NCBI GenBank assembly: GCA_965140705.1
Contig: OZ223300.1
Span: forward strand, 1,760,001 to 1,824,000
Origin: an uncultured Arcobacter sp.
GTDB lineage: Bacteria > Campylobacterota > Campylobacteria > Campylobacterales > Arcobacteraceae
Length of the DNA: 64,000 nt
Direction of reading: 5' to 3'
Below are positions 28,936 through 38,842 of this stretch, piece after piece (within the stretch, counting starts at the first letter, position 1; every line of letters begins with the position of its first letter). The position numbers were made by a program, and so were the translations under genes. The notes beneath the pieces were generated by a model. It did not search any database, had not been told where the DNA came from, and saw only the letters and a program-made list of their open reading frames with translations.

Positions 28936-30072
28936 TTAAATCCAAGAAGAAGCTATATCAATGATTTGATCACAGATATAATTTACCTCTTCATTTGTAA
29001 GTCCTGGATAAATAGGAATAGATAAAATTTGTTGATAAGATGTTAAAGCACTCCCATAAGTAGTGATTTTAATATTATATTTTTGTTTATAATAATTTAA
29101 AAGATGTAAAGGAATATAATTTAATCCTGTATTAATACCTCTCTCTTTTAACTCTCTTGCAAAAGCATCTCTATTTCTTGAGATTTTAATGATATAGTGA
29201 GTAAAGATATGTTCTTCTTTTTGTTTAGGTATCTCTATATGTTTTACACCTGTAAGTCTCTCTTTATAAATTTTTGCAATCTCTTTTCTTCTTTTTATAA
29301 AACTATTTGTTTTTTTTAGTTGCGCCAAAGAAAATGCTGCATCTAATTCACTTAAGTCATATTTATGTCCAATATCAACAACATCATAAATATAATCTAA
29401 ATTTCCATAATCATCATATGTAGTTGTAACAGCATGAGTTCTAAGTAATTTAGCACGAGATGCTAATTCTTCATCATTTGTAACAATAACTCCACTATTA
29501 CTTACATCTGTTTTACCATTTGATGGATTTGTTGAGAAAACTGTCATATCTGCATTTAAAGAACCAACTGTTTCATCATTGTATGTAACTCCAAGAGCTG
29601 AAGTACAATCTTCTATTAATATTATTTCATATTTTTTACATATAGCATATAATCTATCTAGATCAGGAGTTTGCCCTGCAACAAAAGAGATAATAGCACC
29701 TCTTAGTTTTTTAGAATTATTTTCTTCCAATGCTTTTTCAAACTTATTTAAATCAATATTCATATCATCAATATTTATATCAATAAAAATAGGTTCTGCA
29801 TCAAAGTGTCTTACAACTTCTGGTACATTTACAAAAGAGTTTACAGACATTAATATTTTGTCTCCTCTTTTTAACTTAATTGCACTAAGAGCTAGATGTA
29901 AGGCAGAAGTTCCATTACACGTAGAAATAGCATACTTTGCACCAATAAATTTAGCCATATTCTCTTCAAATTCAAGTACTTTTGAACTATCCTTTTTAAG
30001 TTCTAAAACTGATTTCAACTGTGCTAGTTCTTCTTCTCCAACCGATGATTTATAAAACGCTATTTCTTTCAT
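28936..30072 (-). CDS. DegT/DnrJ/EryC1/StrS family aminotransferase-like protein (atypical active site)
   Basis: NGTSALHLAL, IED, RRKEIA, LSIPIYP; PLP-lysine loop divergent. Confidence 0.82.
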   Translation of the reverse strand: MKEIAFYKSSVGEEELAQLKSVLELKKDSSKVLEFEENMAKFIGAKYAISTCNGTSALHLALSAIKLKRGDKILMSVNSFVNVPEVVRHFDAEPIFIDINIDDMNIDLNKFEKALEENNSKKLRGAIISFVAGQTPDLDRLYAICKKYEIILIEDCTSALGVTYNDETVGSLNADMTVFSTNPSNGKTDVSNSGVIVTNDEELASRAKLLRTHAVTTTYDDYGNLDYIYDVVDIGHKYDLSELDAAFSLAQLKKTNSFIKRRKEIAKIYKERLTGVKHIEIPKQKEEHIFTHYIIKISRNRDAFARELKERGINTGLNYIPLHLLNYYKQKYNIKITTYGSALTSYQQILSIPIYPGLTNEEVNYICDQIIDIASSWI

Positions 30073-30073
30073 A

Positions 30074-30832
30074 TTAACTCCATTTAATTTTTGCTATTGT
30101 AGGAAGCTTACCTTTGAATGCATTAGCTTTCATTCTATAAGTAATCATATCAATGAGTTCTTTATCACCACCATTTTTTATTAACTCATCAGATGAAATT
30201 CCTTCATCAACTAATTTTTTAAGTACTTCATCCATTTGTTTATATGAGTACCCAAGTTCATCTTCATCACTTTGACCTTCCCATAAATCAGCACTTGGTC
30301 TTTTTTCTAAAATAGATTCAGGTACTCCTAAAAATTTACCAAATTCATATTCATCACTTTTGTACATTTCACCTATTGGATTAATAGCGCATGCAACATC
30401 TCCATAAATAGTTCCATACCCTAAAAGTATTTCACTTTTATTTGAAGTACCAACAACTAAAGATTTGTCCCTAGCACTTACATCATATAAAACTGACATT
30501 CTCATTCTTGCACTAAAGTTACCAATTCTTAGTTTATCACCATCCATAAATTTTTCATGGGCTTCAACCATAGGAGCAATTTCTACGATTTCATAAGCAA
30601 TATCAAACTTTTTACAAACTTCAAGTGCATGTTTTATACTTCCATCACTTGAATAGTGTGATGGCATAAGTACACAGCTCATATTTGACCCAAAAGCTTC
30701 CTTACAAAGAATAGCAACAATCGCTGAATCTAAACCACCAGATAAACCAACAGTTACTCTTTCTAAACCAGCTTTGTTTACTTCATCTTTTAGAAATATT
30801 ATTAATTGTTCTTTTATATTCTTCCATTCCAT
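30074..30832 (-). CDS. nadE: NH3-dependent NAD+ synthetase
   Basis: GLSGGLDS, ARMRM, GTSNKSE, PSADLW. Confidence 0.95.
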   Translation of the reverse strand: MEWKNIKEQLIIFLKDEVNKAGLERVTVGLSGGLDSAIVAILCKEAFGSNMSCVLMPSHYSSDGSIKHALEVCKKFDIAYEIVEIAPMVEAHEKFMDGDKLRIGNFSARMRMSVLYDVSARDKSLVVGTSNKSEILLGYGTIYGDVACAINPIGEMYKSDEYEFGKFLGVPESILEKRPSADLWEGQSDEDELGYSYKQMDEVLKKLVDEGISSDELIKNGGDKELIDMITYRMKANAFKGKLPTIAKIKWS

Positions 30833-30852
30833 AATTATTATCCTTTAATAAA

Positions 30853-31068
30853 TTATATCTCATTTATTTTTGTTTTTTCATAAATTTGTTCAAGAAAATC
30901 CTTATTATTTTCCCTAAAGTTCTCTTTTTTACTTAATAAATTCTCTTTTATGTCATATAACTCTTCCAAATCAAAATAATCCAAAAACTTTGGATTAATA
31001 TCAATTTTTTCTCCAGTAGAAGAGATGAGTGTTTTTATTTCATCTATTACATACTCTTTTTCTTCCAT
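30853..31068 (-). CDS. Small hypothetical protein
   Basis: Translationally coupled (TAATG) to the upstream BFD-like gene. Confidence 0.7.
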   Translation of the reverse strand: MEEKEYVIDEIKTLISSTGEKIDINPKFLDYFDLEELYDIKENLLSKKENFRENNKDFLEQIYEKTKINEI

Positions 31069-31301
31069 TAACTTACTTTCACAAACTTATCTAATATTGT
31101 AGTTAAATACAATTCCATTTTTTCTTCTCCAAAATCTTTTTCCTTACTTACACAACAACCACAACAAGTTCCTGCATCCGTTAGTTCACCTATTTTTTCA
31201 ATTGTATTAGCATTTTTTTCTTTAATGGCATACAAAATTTCTCCAAGTGTTACGTGCTTGCATTTACACACTTCGTAGGAATGATGGAAACTTTTAGCCA
31301 T
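31068..31301 (-). CDS. BFD-like [2Fe-2S]-binding protein
   Basis: VCKC...AGTCCGCC. Confidence 0.85.
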   Translation of the reverse strand: MAKSFHHSYEVCKCKHVTLGEILYAIKEKNANTIEKIGELTDAGTCCGCCVSKEKDFGEEKMELYLTTILDKFVKVS

Positions 31302-31524
31302 TTAAAAACTCTCCTAATACATCTTTACAATAAATCTTTTTTTTAACTTTTCCAAAATCGGCTTCATTCATTAGGCAATTTCTACATTCAGTCCCTGCCC
31401 TAGTCTTTTCTTGTAAATCTCTCAGAGTTTTTACACTATCATTTGTAATTGAAGTTTTTATATCACTAATTGTAACTTTAATACAATTACAAACTTCATA
31501 ATTCTTATCAAAATTTTCTAACAA
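31294..31524 (-). CDS. BFD-like [2Fe-2S]-binding protein
   Basis: VCNC...AGTECRNC. Confidence 0.82.
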   Translation of the reverse strand: MLENFDKNYEVCNCIKVTISDIKTSITNDSVKTLRDLQEKTRAGTECRNCLMNEADFGKVKKKIYCKDVLGEFLNG

Positions 31525-32280
31525 TTATATATTCCTACTTTTTTTGATCAGTTCATATGCTTCATTTATCTCTTGTAATTTTTTAGTTGCTTCATCAATA
31601 ATACTCTGACTAGCCCCTTGTCCTGAAATAATATCAGGGTGATGTTTTTTTACCAATTTTCTGTAATTGTTTTTTATGGTTCTATCATCATCTTCTTTTT
31701 TTGATTCTAACACTATATAAGCTTGTTCAAGTGTTGTTGCTTGATTTTGAGCTTGTGAAGCATAAAAGTTTTTAAATGCAGTAATCATATGATCAAAATC
31801 ATTAGTTTTTATTTGTAAAGCATTTGATATATCTTCACAAATCATTCTCTCTGCATCACTAAAAGTTTTATCAATAAAAGCAAGATTTAATAGATATTCT
31901 AAAATTTTGAGTCTTTTTTGGTAGTCACTTTTTGTCAGTTTAAAAAGTTTTTCCGAAAGTTCTATTGTATTTTCAAAACTTTTTTTCTCTTCATTATATA
32001 TTTTCTTTAATTTTTCTCTTATTTCTTCGCTATTTTCAAAATGACTAGAAATGTCAGTAAACGTATGTTTTAACATCTCCGCTTCTAATTCACACACACT
32101 CCCATCAGCTTTTGCAACTTTTGCCATAAGGGCAATTAGAAGACCTGCTTCATGATGAAGTAAATCTCCTTGAAAATTCTCTTTAATATTAAATTTGATA
32201 TTTTCAAACTTTTCTGTTTTATAACCTCTTGCTATAAAATATAAAATAATTCCTACAAAAAGTAAAACTAATAATTTCAT
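31525..32280 (-). CDS. djlA: DjlA-like co-chaperone (TM + TerB-like + J domain)
   Basis: AKVAKADG, LAFID, YRKLVKKHHPD, INEAYE. Confidence 0.85.
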   Translation of the reverse strand: MKLLVLLFVGIILYFIARGYKTEKFENIKFNIKENFQGDLLHHEAGLLIALMAKVAKADGSVCELEAEMLKHTFTDISSHFENSEEIREKLKKIYNEEKKSFENTIELSEKLFKLTKSDYQKRLKILEYLLNLAFIDKTFSDAERMICEDISNALQIKTNDFDHMITAFKNFYASQAQNQATTLEQAYIVLESKKEDDDRTIKNNYRKLVKKHHPDIISGQGASQSIIDEATKKLQEINEAYELIKKSRNI

Positions 32281-32362
32281 CTAACACCTTTTAAAATAAT
32301 TAGATAGATTTTATCAAAAATAAGGTAAAATCTTTCCTTTAATAATTAAATGGAGACATTAT

Positions 32363-32833
32363 ATGTTTGGAATGGGATTTATGGAAATTATGCTGATTGC
32401 AATTATTGCGATTATTGCATTAGGCCCTGAGAAGTTACCTGATGCTATGGTATCAGTTGCACGATTTTTTAAGAAGTTTAAAAGTGGTCTTGAAGATGCT
32501 AAGTCTACACTAGACAATGAATTAAATATATCAGATATGAAAGAAGAAGCTAATAAATTTAGAAATCAAATAGAAGATGCTAAATCATCAGTTACAAAAT
32601 TTGATGATTTTGATTTAGGTGTGAAAGATATTTTAAAAGATGATAATGATGATAAAGATAATAAAAAATCTAAAAAAGTATCATTTAAAAACGAAAAAGT
32701 AGAAGAAAAGATAGAAAAGATAGAAGAGATAGAAAAAGTAGAAGAAGTTAAAGAGACTACTTCTGAGATAAAAGCAAGTGATAAATTTAAAATTAAAAAA
32801 GAAACAAAAGAAAAAGAAGGGGACAAAGCCTAA
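32363..32833 (+). CDS. tatB: Sec-independent translocase subunit TatB
   Basis: MFGMGFMEI...LGPEKLP; upstream of tatC. Confidence 0.93.
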   Translation: MFGMGFMEIMLIAIIAIIALGPEKLPDAMVSVARFFKKFKSGLEDAKSTLDNELNISDMKEEANKFRNQIEDAKSSVTKFDDFDLGVKDILKDDNDDKDNKKSKKVSFKNEKVEEKIEKIEEIEKVEEVKETTSEIKASDKFKIKKETKEKEGDKA

Positions 32834-33564
32834 TGTTTGAAGACTTAAAACCCCATATTGCTGATCTTAGAAAAAGATTGATAATTTCTGTATTAACTTT
32901 AGTTGTTGCATTTTTTGTATGTTTTTCATTTTATGAACCAATTTTAAATTGGATGATGGTTCCAGTTGAAGCTGTACTTCCAGCAAAATCACAAATGGTG
33001 GCTGTAGAGATTCAAGAAACATTTTTCACAGCTTTAAAAGTTGCTTTTTTTAGTGGTTTTATACTATCTTTGCCAGTTATTTTTTGGCAGTTATGGTTAT
33101 TTTTAGCACCTGGACTTTATGACCATGAGAAAAAACTTGTTTTACCATTTGTATTTTTTGCTACATTAATGTTTGTTTCTGGTGCTGCTTTTGCTTATTA
33201 TATAGTTGTTCCTTTTGGATTTCAATTTTTAATTAATTTTGGTTCTACAGTTGTAACAGTATTGCCAAGTATTGGTAAATATGTTGGCTTTTTTACAAAA
33301 CTATTATTTGGTTTTGGAGTTGCATTTGAATTGCCTGTAATTACTTTTTTCTTAGCAAAAATTGGACTTGTTGATGATAAAATGTTAAAAGACTTCTTTA
33401 GATATGCAATTGTAATAATTTTTGTTGTATCTGCACTTTTAACACCACCTGATGTATTAACACAATTTTTAATGGCTGGACCACTTATTGTCTTATATCT
33501 AGCTTCGATTTATATTGCAAAAATATTTAATCCTGCGGATAAATCTTTAGATGATGAAGAATAG
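32833..33564 (+). CDS. tatC: Sec-independent translocase subunit TatC
   Basis: HIADLRKRL, FLAPGLY, AFELP, LTPPD. Confidence 0.96.
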   Translation: MFEDLKPHIADLRKRLIISVLTLVVAFFVCFSFYEPILNWMMVPVEAVLPAKSQMVAVEIQETFFTALKVAFFSGFILSLPVIFWQLWLFLAPGLYDHEKKLVLPFVFFATLMFVSGAAFAYYIVVPFGFQFLINFGSTVVTVLPSIGKYVGFFTKLLFGFGVAFELPVITFFLAKIGLVDDKMLKDFFRYAIVIIFVVSALLTPPDVLTQFLMAGPLIVLYLASIYIAKIFNPADKSLDDEE

Positions 33565-34585
33565 TTTAGATCCACTAAAGACATCTAGCTATGATTATTT
33601 TTTACCAAAAGAACTCATAGCTAGTAAACCTTTGTATCCAGCTGATAGCGCACGACTTTTAGTATATAATAGAAATAATGACACAATAACTCATACTACA
33701 TATAAACACTTACTTGATTTTCTACCTAAAAATTTAAATATATTTTTAAATGATACAAAAGTAATTAAAGCAAGAATTTATGGGAAAAAAGAGAGTGGTG
33801 GAAAAACAGAATTACTCTTTAACAAACCACTATTTATGAATAGATGCCAAGTTATGATAAAAGGTAAAGTTCAAATAGGAACAAAACTCTATTTTGATAA
33901 AAACTTGATTGCTGAAGTTCTTCAATTAAATGAAGATGGAACAAGAGAAGTGAAGTTTTTCCAAGATAATAAACAACTTGATTTTTTATCATTGATTGAA
34001 ATATTAAATGAGATAGGTCACTTACCTCTTCCTCACTATATGAATAGGGAAGATGAAAAAGAAGATGAAAAAGATTATCAAACCCTATTTGCTAAAAATT
34101 ATGGAGCAGTTGCAGCCCCAACAGCATCATTACACTTCACAGATGAACTTTTAGAAAGACTTAATAATAATCATAATATCAACTATCTAACACTACATGT
34201 GGGAGCTGGTACATTTAAACCAGTTGATGCAGAAGATATTTTAGAGCATCCAATGCATAGCGAATATTTTGAGATTTCAAGAGAAAGCCTAGAAGCTTTG
34301 AAAGAAAAAAACAAAACCCTTGCAGTAGGAACAACTGTTACAAGAACTATAGAATACTATGCCCGAACAAATAAGATTCAAGGTGAATGTGACTTATTTT
34401 TAAATCCTGCAAATAAACCAATAAAAGTAGACCATCTACTTACAAACTTTCATTTACCAAAATCAACTCTTATTATGTTAATAGCCTCTTTTGTAGGCTT
34501 AGAAAAGACTTTAGAAATATATGAAACTGCTGTAAAAGAGAAATATAGATTTTTCTCTTATGGTGATGGAATGCTAATAATATAA
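33551..34585 (+). CDS. queA: S-adenosylmethionine:tRNA ribosyltransferase-isomerase
   Basis: NDTKVIKAR, AAPTASLHF, LHVGAGTF, TNFHLPKSTL, YRFFSYGD. Confidence 0.96.
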   Translation: MMKNSLDPLKTSSYDYFLPKELIASKPLYPADSARLLVYNRNNDTITHTTYKHLLDFLPKNLNIFLNDTKVIKARIYGKKESGGKTELLFNKPLFMNRCQVMIKGKVQIGTKLYFDKNLIAEVLQLNEDGTREVKFFQDNKQLDFLSLIEILNEIGHLPLPHYMNREDEKEDEKDYQTLFAKNYGAVAAPTASLHFTDELLERLNNNHNINYLTLHVGAGTFKPVDAEDILEHPMHSEYFEISRESLEALKEKNKTLAVGTTVTRTIEYYARTNKIQGECDLFLNPANKPIKVDHLLTNFHLPKSTLIMLIASFVGLEKTLEIYETAVKEKYRFFSYGDGMLII

Positions 34586-34601
34586 AAGAAAAGGAAACTT
34601 T

Positions 34602-35360
34602 ATGCCAAAATACGTACTATTTGATACAGAAACAACAGGAAATCAAGAAGAAGATAGAATTATACAATTAGGAGCTATGATTGTAGATGCAAAAGCTCCT
34701 ATAGAAGTTTATGATGAATTATGTTTTTCTGATGTTGAAATAAAACTTGAAGCTATGGAAGTACATAATATAACACCTGATATGATTATAGGCAAACCAG
34801 AAGCAACTCAAACAAAATTTTATCAAAAACTACAAGAGTATAATAATCCTTCAAACTACTTAATTGCTCACAATATAAATTTTGATTTAGGAATGATAAA
34901 AAAAGAGGGTTTTGAGTCACAATATCAAATATTAGATACTTTAAAATGTGCACAACACTTATTTCCTGAACTTCCATATCATAGACTTCAATACTTAAGA
35001 TATGCCCTTGATATTTATATGGATGAAGAGGAAGAAGCAGCAAAACATAATATTACAATAAAAGCCCATGATGCAATTGGAGATGTTTTAGTTATGAAAC
35101 TATTTCTATCGCAACTTGTTGCAAAATGTAGAACAGTATATCCAGATTTCAATCCTATGGAAAAACTAGTAGAACTAACAAAAACTCCCGTTTTTATACA
35201 AACCTTTAAATTTGGAAAATATAAAGGTAAAGATACAAGTGAAGTTGCAAAAGAAGATCCTGGATATATTATGTGGATGATGAAAAATATGGACATGGAT
35301 GAAAATCTAAAATACACTTTAGAAAAATTAACATCAAATACAACAAATGATTATTACTAA
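34602..35360 (+). CDS. DEDDh 3'-5' exonuclease (exonuclease X-like)
   Basis: FDTETTG, AHNINFD, AHDAIGD, FGKYKG tail. Confidence 0.9.
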   Translation: MPKYVLFDTETTGNQEEDRIIQLGAMIVDAKAPIEVYDELCFSDVEIKLEAMEVHNITPDMIIGKPEATQTKFYQKLQEYNNPSNYLIAHNINFDLGMIKKEGFESQYQILDTLKCAQHLFPELPYHRLQYLRYALDIYMDEEEEAAKHNITIKAHDAIGDVLVMKLFLSQLVAKCRTVYPDFNPMEKLVELTKTPVFIQTFKFGKYKGKDTSEVAKEDPGYIMWMMKNMDMDENLKYTLEKLTSNTTNDYY

Positions 35361-36027
35361 AAATGATAAAGTAAAAATCCTTTATGTGGAGGATGACGAT
35401 ATAACAAGAGAAAATGCCATAGAATATTTGGAAAACTATTTTGTGAATATTTATGAAGCAAAAGATGGGTTAGATGCTTTAAAAAAATTTGAACAAATAA
35501 ATCCAGATATCATAATTACAGATATTCAAATGCCCAAAGTAGATGGCTTGGAATTTGTTAAAAATGTAAGACAAAAAAATAAAGAAGTCCAAGTTATAGT
35601 TATTACAGCATTTTCCCATAAAGAATATCTTTTAAAAGCAATTGAACTTCAATTGGTAAAATATCTTATGAAACCAATTAAAGAAAATGAATTAAAAGAT
35701 GCACTTGAACTTTGTGTAAATAATCTAAAAAATAGTAGTACAAATATAATAAAACTAAATGAGCATTCTATTTTTGACAAATATAACCATACTCTTCTTA
35801 TAAATGATAAACTAATAAAACTAAGAATAAAAGAGACTGATTTATTAACACTTCTTTTAAATAATAAAGATAGATATGTGACATATGAAGAGATAGAAAA
35901 TTATGTTTGGAAAGACTTTCCTATGACTAAAGATGCTTTAAAAACTTTAATTAAGTATCTAAAACAAAAAATCTCAAAAGATATAATTTCAAATCAAAAT
36001 GGAGTTGGATATAAAATAAATGTATGA
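35347..36027 (+). CDS. OmpR-family response regulator
   Basis: LYVEDD, TDIQMP, YLMKP, GVGYKI. Confidence 0.92.
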   Translation: MIITKNDKVKILYVEDDDITRENAIEYLENYFVNIYEAKDGLDALKKFEQINPDIIITDIQMPKVDGLEFVKNVRQKNKEVQVIVITAFSHKEYLLKAIELQLVKYLMKPIKENELKDALELCVNNLKNSSTNIIKLNEHSIFDKYNHTLLINDKLIKLRIKETDLLTLLLNNKDRYVTYEEIENYVWKDFPMTKDALKTLIKYLKQKISKDIISNQNGVGYKINV

Positions 36028-37336
36028 TTTAACTACTGTTTTATCTTATGGAATAACTTTTGGAATTCTAATGATGACAATAGTATATACTTTTATTCGA
36101 TATATTTACTCAAAAGAACTTTTTTATTTAAGCTACTGTTTTATGCAAGTTTTTTCCCTGTCATATATTATTTTATATAGTAATTTTTTTTATTCTGAAC
36201 TTTTTTTTCAGGACTTTTCACTTTTTTTTGCCACTGTTTCAGCTTTAGTATTTGCAGTAAGATTTTATGAAGGAAAATTTATTCCTAAAGTTACAAATAA
36301 AAAAGAACTAATATTAAATACCTTATTGCTTATTTTTATAATCTTGACTGCTTTTTATCACTATTTATTATTTGAATACTTACCATACACAATTATATAT
36401 GCAATACTTTTTGTATCAATAGTATTTAATTTAAACCAAGGTTTTAAAGCTACTGCAATCTATGTTATTGGCTGGTCCGTGATTTGTCTTATTTTGTATC
36501 TTTTAAACTTTAAAACATATTTTAAGATGCATACCAATTTAGATTTAGTCTTACTAGCTTTTGCAATGGAAGCGATTTTATTTACTATATCAGTTGCATA
36601 TAAATATAATCTTTTAAAAAAAGAGAATATAGAAATAGAATCCATGCTTTTACAGCAATCAAAACTTGCTCAAAGCGGGGAAATGATTGCTAATATAACA
36701 CATCAGTTTAGACAACCGCTCAATAATCTTTCATATATTTTAATAAATTTAAAAAATAAATATGAAAGTAATAATTTAGAAAAAAGCTATTTTGAGAGAA
36801 GAACTTCTCAAGCGAACGAACAAATAGAATACTTATCTAGTACAATTGAAAATTTTAAAAACTTTTACACTGAATCAAAAGAAAAAGAAGACTTTGAAAT
36901 TAAAGAAGTTGTTCAAAACTCCCTCGCAATTTTAAGTGGAGATATAAAAAAAATAGAAGTAAGTGTTGATTTAGCTTTTAATACAAATGAACATATAAAA
37001 ATATTTGGAATAAAAAATGAATTAGCACAAGTTCTAATTGCAATAATTTCTAATGCCCTTGATGCAATAAAAAGTATTGAAAATAGAAAAATAGTAATTG
37101 AAATAAACTCAAATACTGCAGATGTGATTTTATCAATTAAGGATAATGGAGAAGGAATAAAATCTAAATTATTAGATAAAATTTTTGAACCATATTTTAC
37201 AACAAAAAGCACTGGTACAGGACTTGGATTATATTTATCAAAAATGATTATAGAAAAGAGTTTTAAAGGGAAACTTGATGTAAAAAGTAACCCAAAAGGT
37301 ACTACTTTTTACATAAGTATTGAGAAATCAGTTTAA
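36020..37336 (+). CDS. Multi-TM (7TM-like) sensor histidine kinase
   Basis: Hydrophobic N-terminal half, ITHQFRQPL, NALDA, GTGLGLY. Confidence 0.9.
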   Translation: MYDLTTVLSYGITFGILMMTIVYTFIRYIYSKELFYLSYCFMQVFSLSYIILYSNFFYSELFFQDFSLFFATVSALVFAVRFYEGKFIPKVTNKKELILNTLLLIFIILTAFYHYLLFEYLPYTIIYAILFVSIVFNLNQGFKATAIYVIGWSVICLILYLLNFKTYFKMHTNLDLVLLAFAMEAILFTISVAYKYNLLKKENIEIESMLLQQSKLAQSGEMIANITHQFRQPLNNLSYILINLKNKYESNNLEKSYFERRTSQANEQIEYLSSTIENFKNFYTESKEKEDFEIKEVVQNSLAILSGDIKKIEVSVDLAFNTNEHIKIFGIKNELAQVLIAIISNALDAIKSIENRKIVIEINSNTADVILSIKDNGEGIKSKLLDKIFEPYFTTKSTGTGLGLYLSKMIIEKSFKGKLDVKSNPKGTTFYISIEKSV

Positions 37337-37337
37337 A

Positions 37338-38642
37338 CTATTTTGGAGAGAAAAATAGTATTTTTTTCTCCATTTTGACTTCTTTATTCTCTTTTGCATA
37401 AAATAATAAGTTTATTTTTGAAGTGTTAATTTTATTTTTACTAACTAAAATCAATACAGTTTTTCTTGTTTGTTGTGGATTTAAAGTTATTGGAGTATAT
37501 CTTTTAATAGTAATATTTTTATCCAAAACTTCAATATCAAAAGTATATCTTTTATCAGCACTATTATGAATAGTCAGCAAATAATTATTTACAACTTTTC
37601 CATTTTCATCCACTTTATATAACTCTGTATTTTTATTTATATTTACTAAAAAAGGCTCTTTTTCAGACATGAAATAAGCAGTAAATAGTATACAAATTAC
37701 TAAAGCTGCAATATAAACAAAATTTCTAGGATTTAAGAATTTTTCAAATTTTTCTAATAAAACACTATTAGTACTCCCCCAATAAATCAAAGACTTTTTA
37801 CCAAGTTTTCCCATTACCGTACTACAAGCATCTGAACATTCCAAACAATTTATACACTCAACTTGTAGCCCTTTTCTAATATCGATATGTGTAGGACAAA
37901 CTTTTACACAAGCTTCACAAGTAGTACACTCTTCACTTCCTGACCATTGTTTTACATTAAAAATACTCTTTTCATTGTTTGGATAGATTTGTCCACCTCT
38001 ATTGTGGTTATAAACAACTTGTTTTGTATTATTGTCATATAAAACAGACTGAATTCTAGAGTATGGACATACATAAGTACAGAAATGTTCTTTCATAAAA
38101 ACAATATCATATACTAAAAACACAACAATACTAATTATAAACATCACTAAGAAGAAATGATCTTGAGGTGTTTTCATATATTCAATAAAATCTTCAGGAG
38201 GTACAAAATAAAGCATAAAATTGATTGCTATAACAAAAGATAAAGCTATCCATAAAAGCAATCCAATATATTTTTTTATTTTAGTAGAAGTTTTATTATA
38301 ATTGATATCTTTTTGCTTATTTTTAATTCTTCGCAGTTTTAATAAAAAAGTCTCTATCAAGTCTCTATATATAACTCTAAAAATAGTCTGAGGGCATCCC
38401 CAACCACACCAAAGTCTACCAAACATAGATGTTATTGCAAATATTCCAATGAATAATAACATCAACAAAAATGGCATTATAAAAAACTCATTCATATTAT
38501 ATACGTTTCCAAGAAAATGAAAATCATATGTAACAAATGACAACAACAACATATGATTTCCATCTATTGTTATAAAAGGTGTCCCCATTATAAAAATAGT
38601 CAAGATAGTATATGTAATATACCTTTTTTTTGAATAACTCAT
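37338..38642 (-). CDS. ccoG: Cytochrome c oxidase accessory Fe-S protein CcoG/FixG
   Basis: GRLWCGWGCPQT, CTYVCPY, CTTCEACVKVCP, ECINCLECSDAC. Confidence 0.92.
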   Translation of the reverse strand: MSYSKKRYITYTILTIFIMGTPFITIDGNHMLLLSFVTYDFHFLGNVYNMNEFFIMPFLLMLLFIGIFAITSMFGRLWCGWGCPQTIFRVIYRDLIETFLLKLRRIKNKQKDINYNKTSTKIKKYIGLLLWIALSFVIAINFMLYFVPPEDFIEYMKTPQDHFFLVMFIISIVVFLVYDIVFMKEHFCTYVCPYSRIQSVLYDNNTKQVVYNHNRGGQIYPNNEKSIFNVKQWSGSEECTTCEACVKVCPTHIDIRKGLQVECINCLECSDACSTVMGKLGKKSLIYWGSTNSVLLEKFEKFLNPRNFVYIAALVICILFTAYFMSEKEPFLVNINKNTELYKVDENGKVVNNYLLTIHNSADKRYTFDIEVLDKNITIKRYTPITLNPQQTRKTVLILVSKNKINTSKINLLFYAKENKEVKMEKKILFFSPK

Positions 38643-38665
38643 ATCTTCTCCTTTTTATAAATGCA

Positions 38666-38698
38666 ATTATAAAAATTAAAAGTGGTAGATTTGTGGTA
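38666..38698 (-). promoter_or_regulatory. ccoG promoter: GTGGTA direct repeat (11-bp period) plus -10 TATAAT
   Basis: GTGGTA at 38682 and 38693; TATAAT at 38666-38671 on the minus strand. Confidence 0.55.
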
Positions 38699-38842
38699 TA
38701 TAAATATAATATTTGAAAATATTAATAATTTTTAACTAATTATATTAATTTATAAAAAATAAAGCTTAAGAAACTAATTTCTAAGAAATTTATAGATAGA
38801 ATTAGCCCTTTAAAAAATATAACAATTATAGAAGGAATATAT

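Noticed and set aside
32690..32760. Repeated GAAAAGATAGAA-like units
   Set aside because: Coding EKIE repeats in the disordered TatB tail
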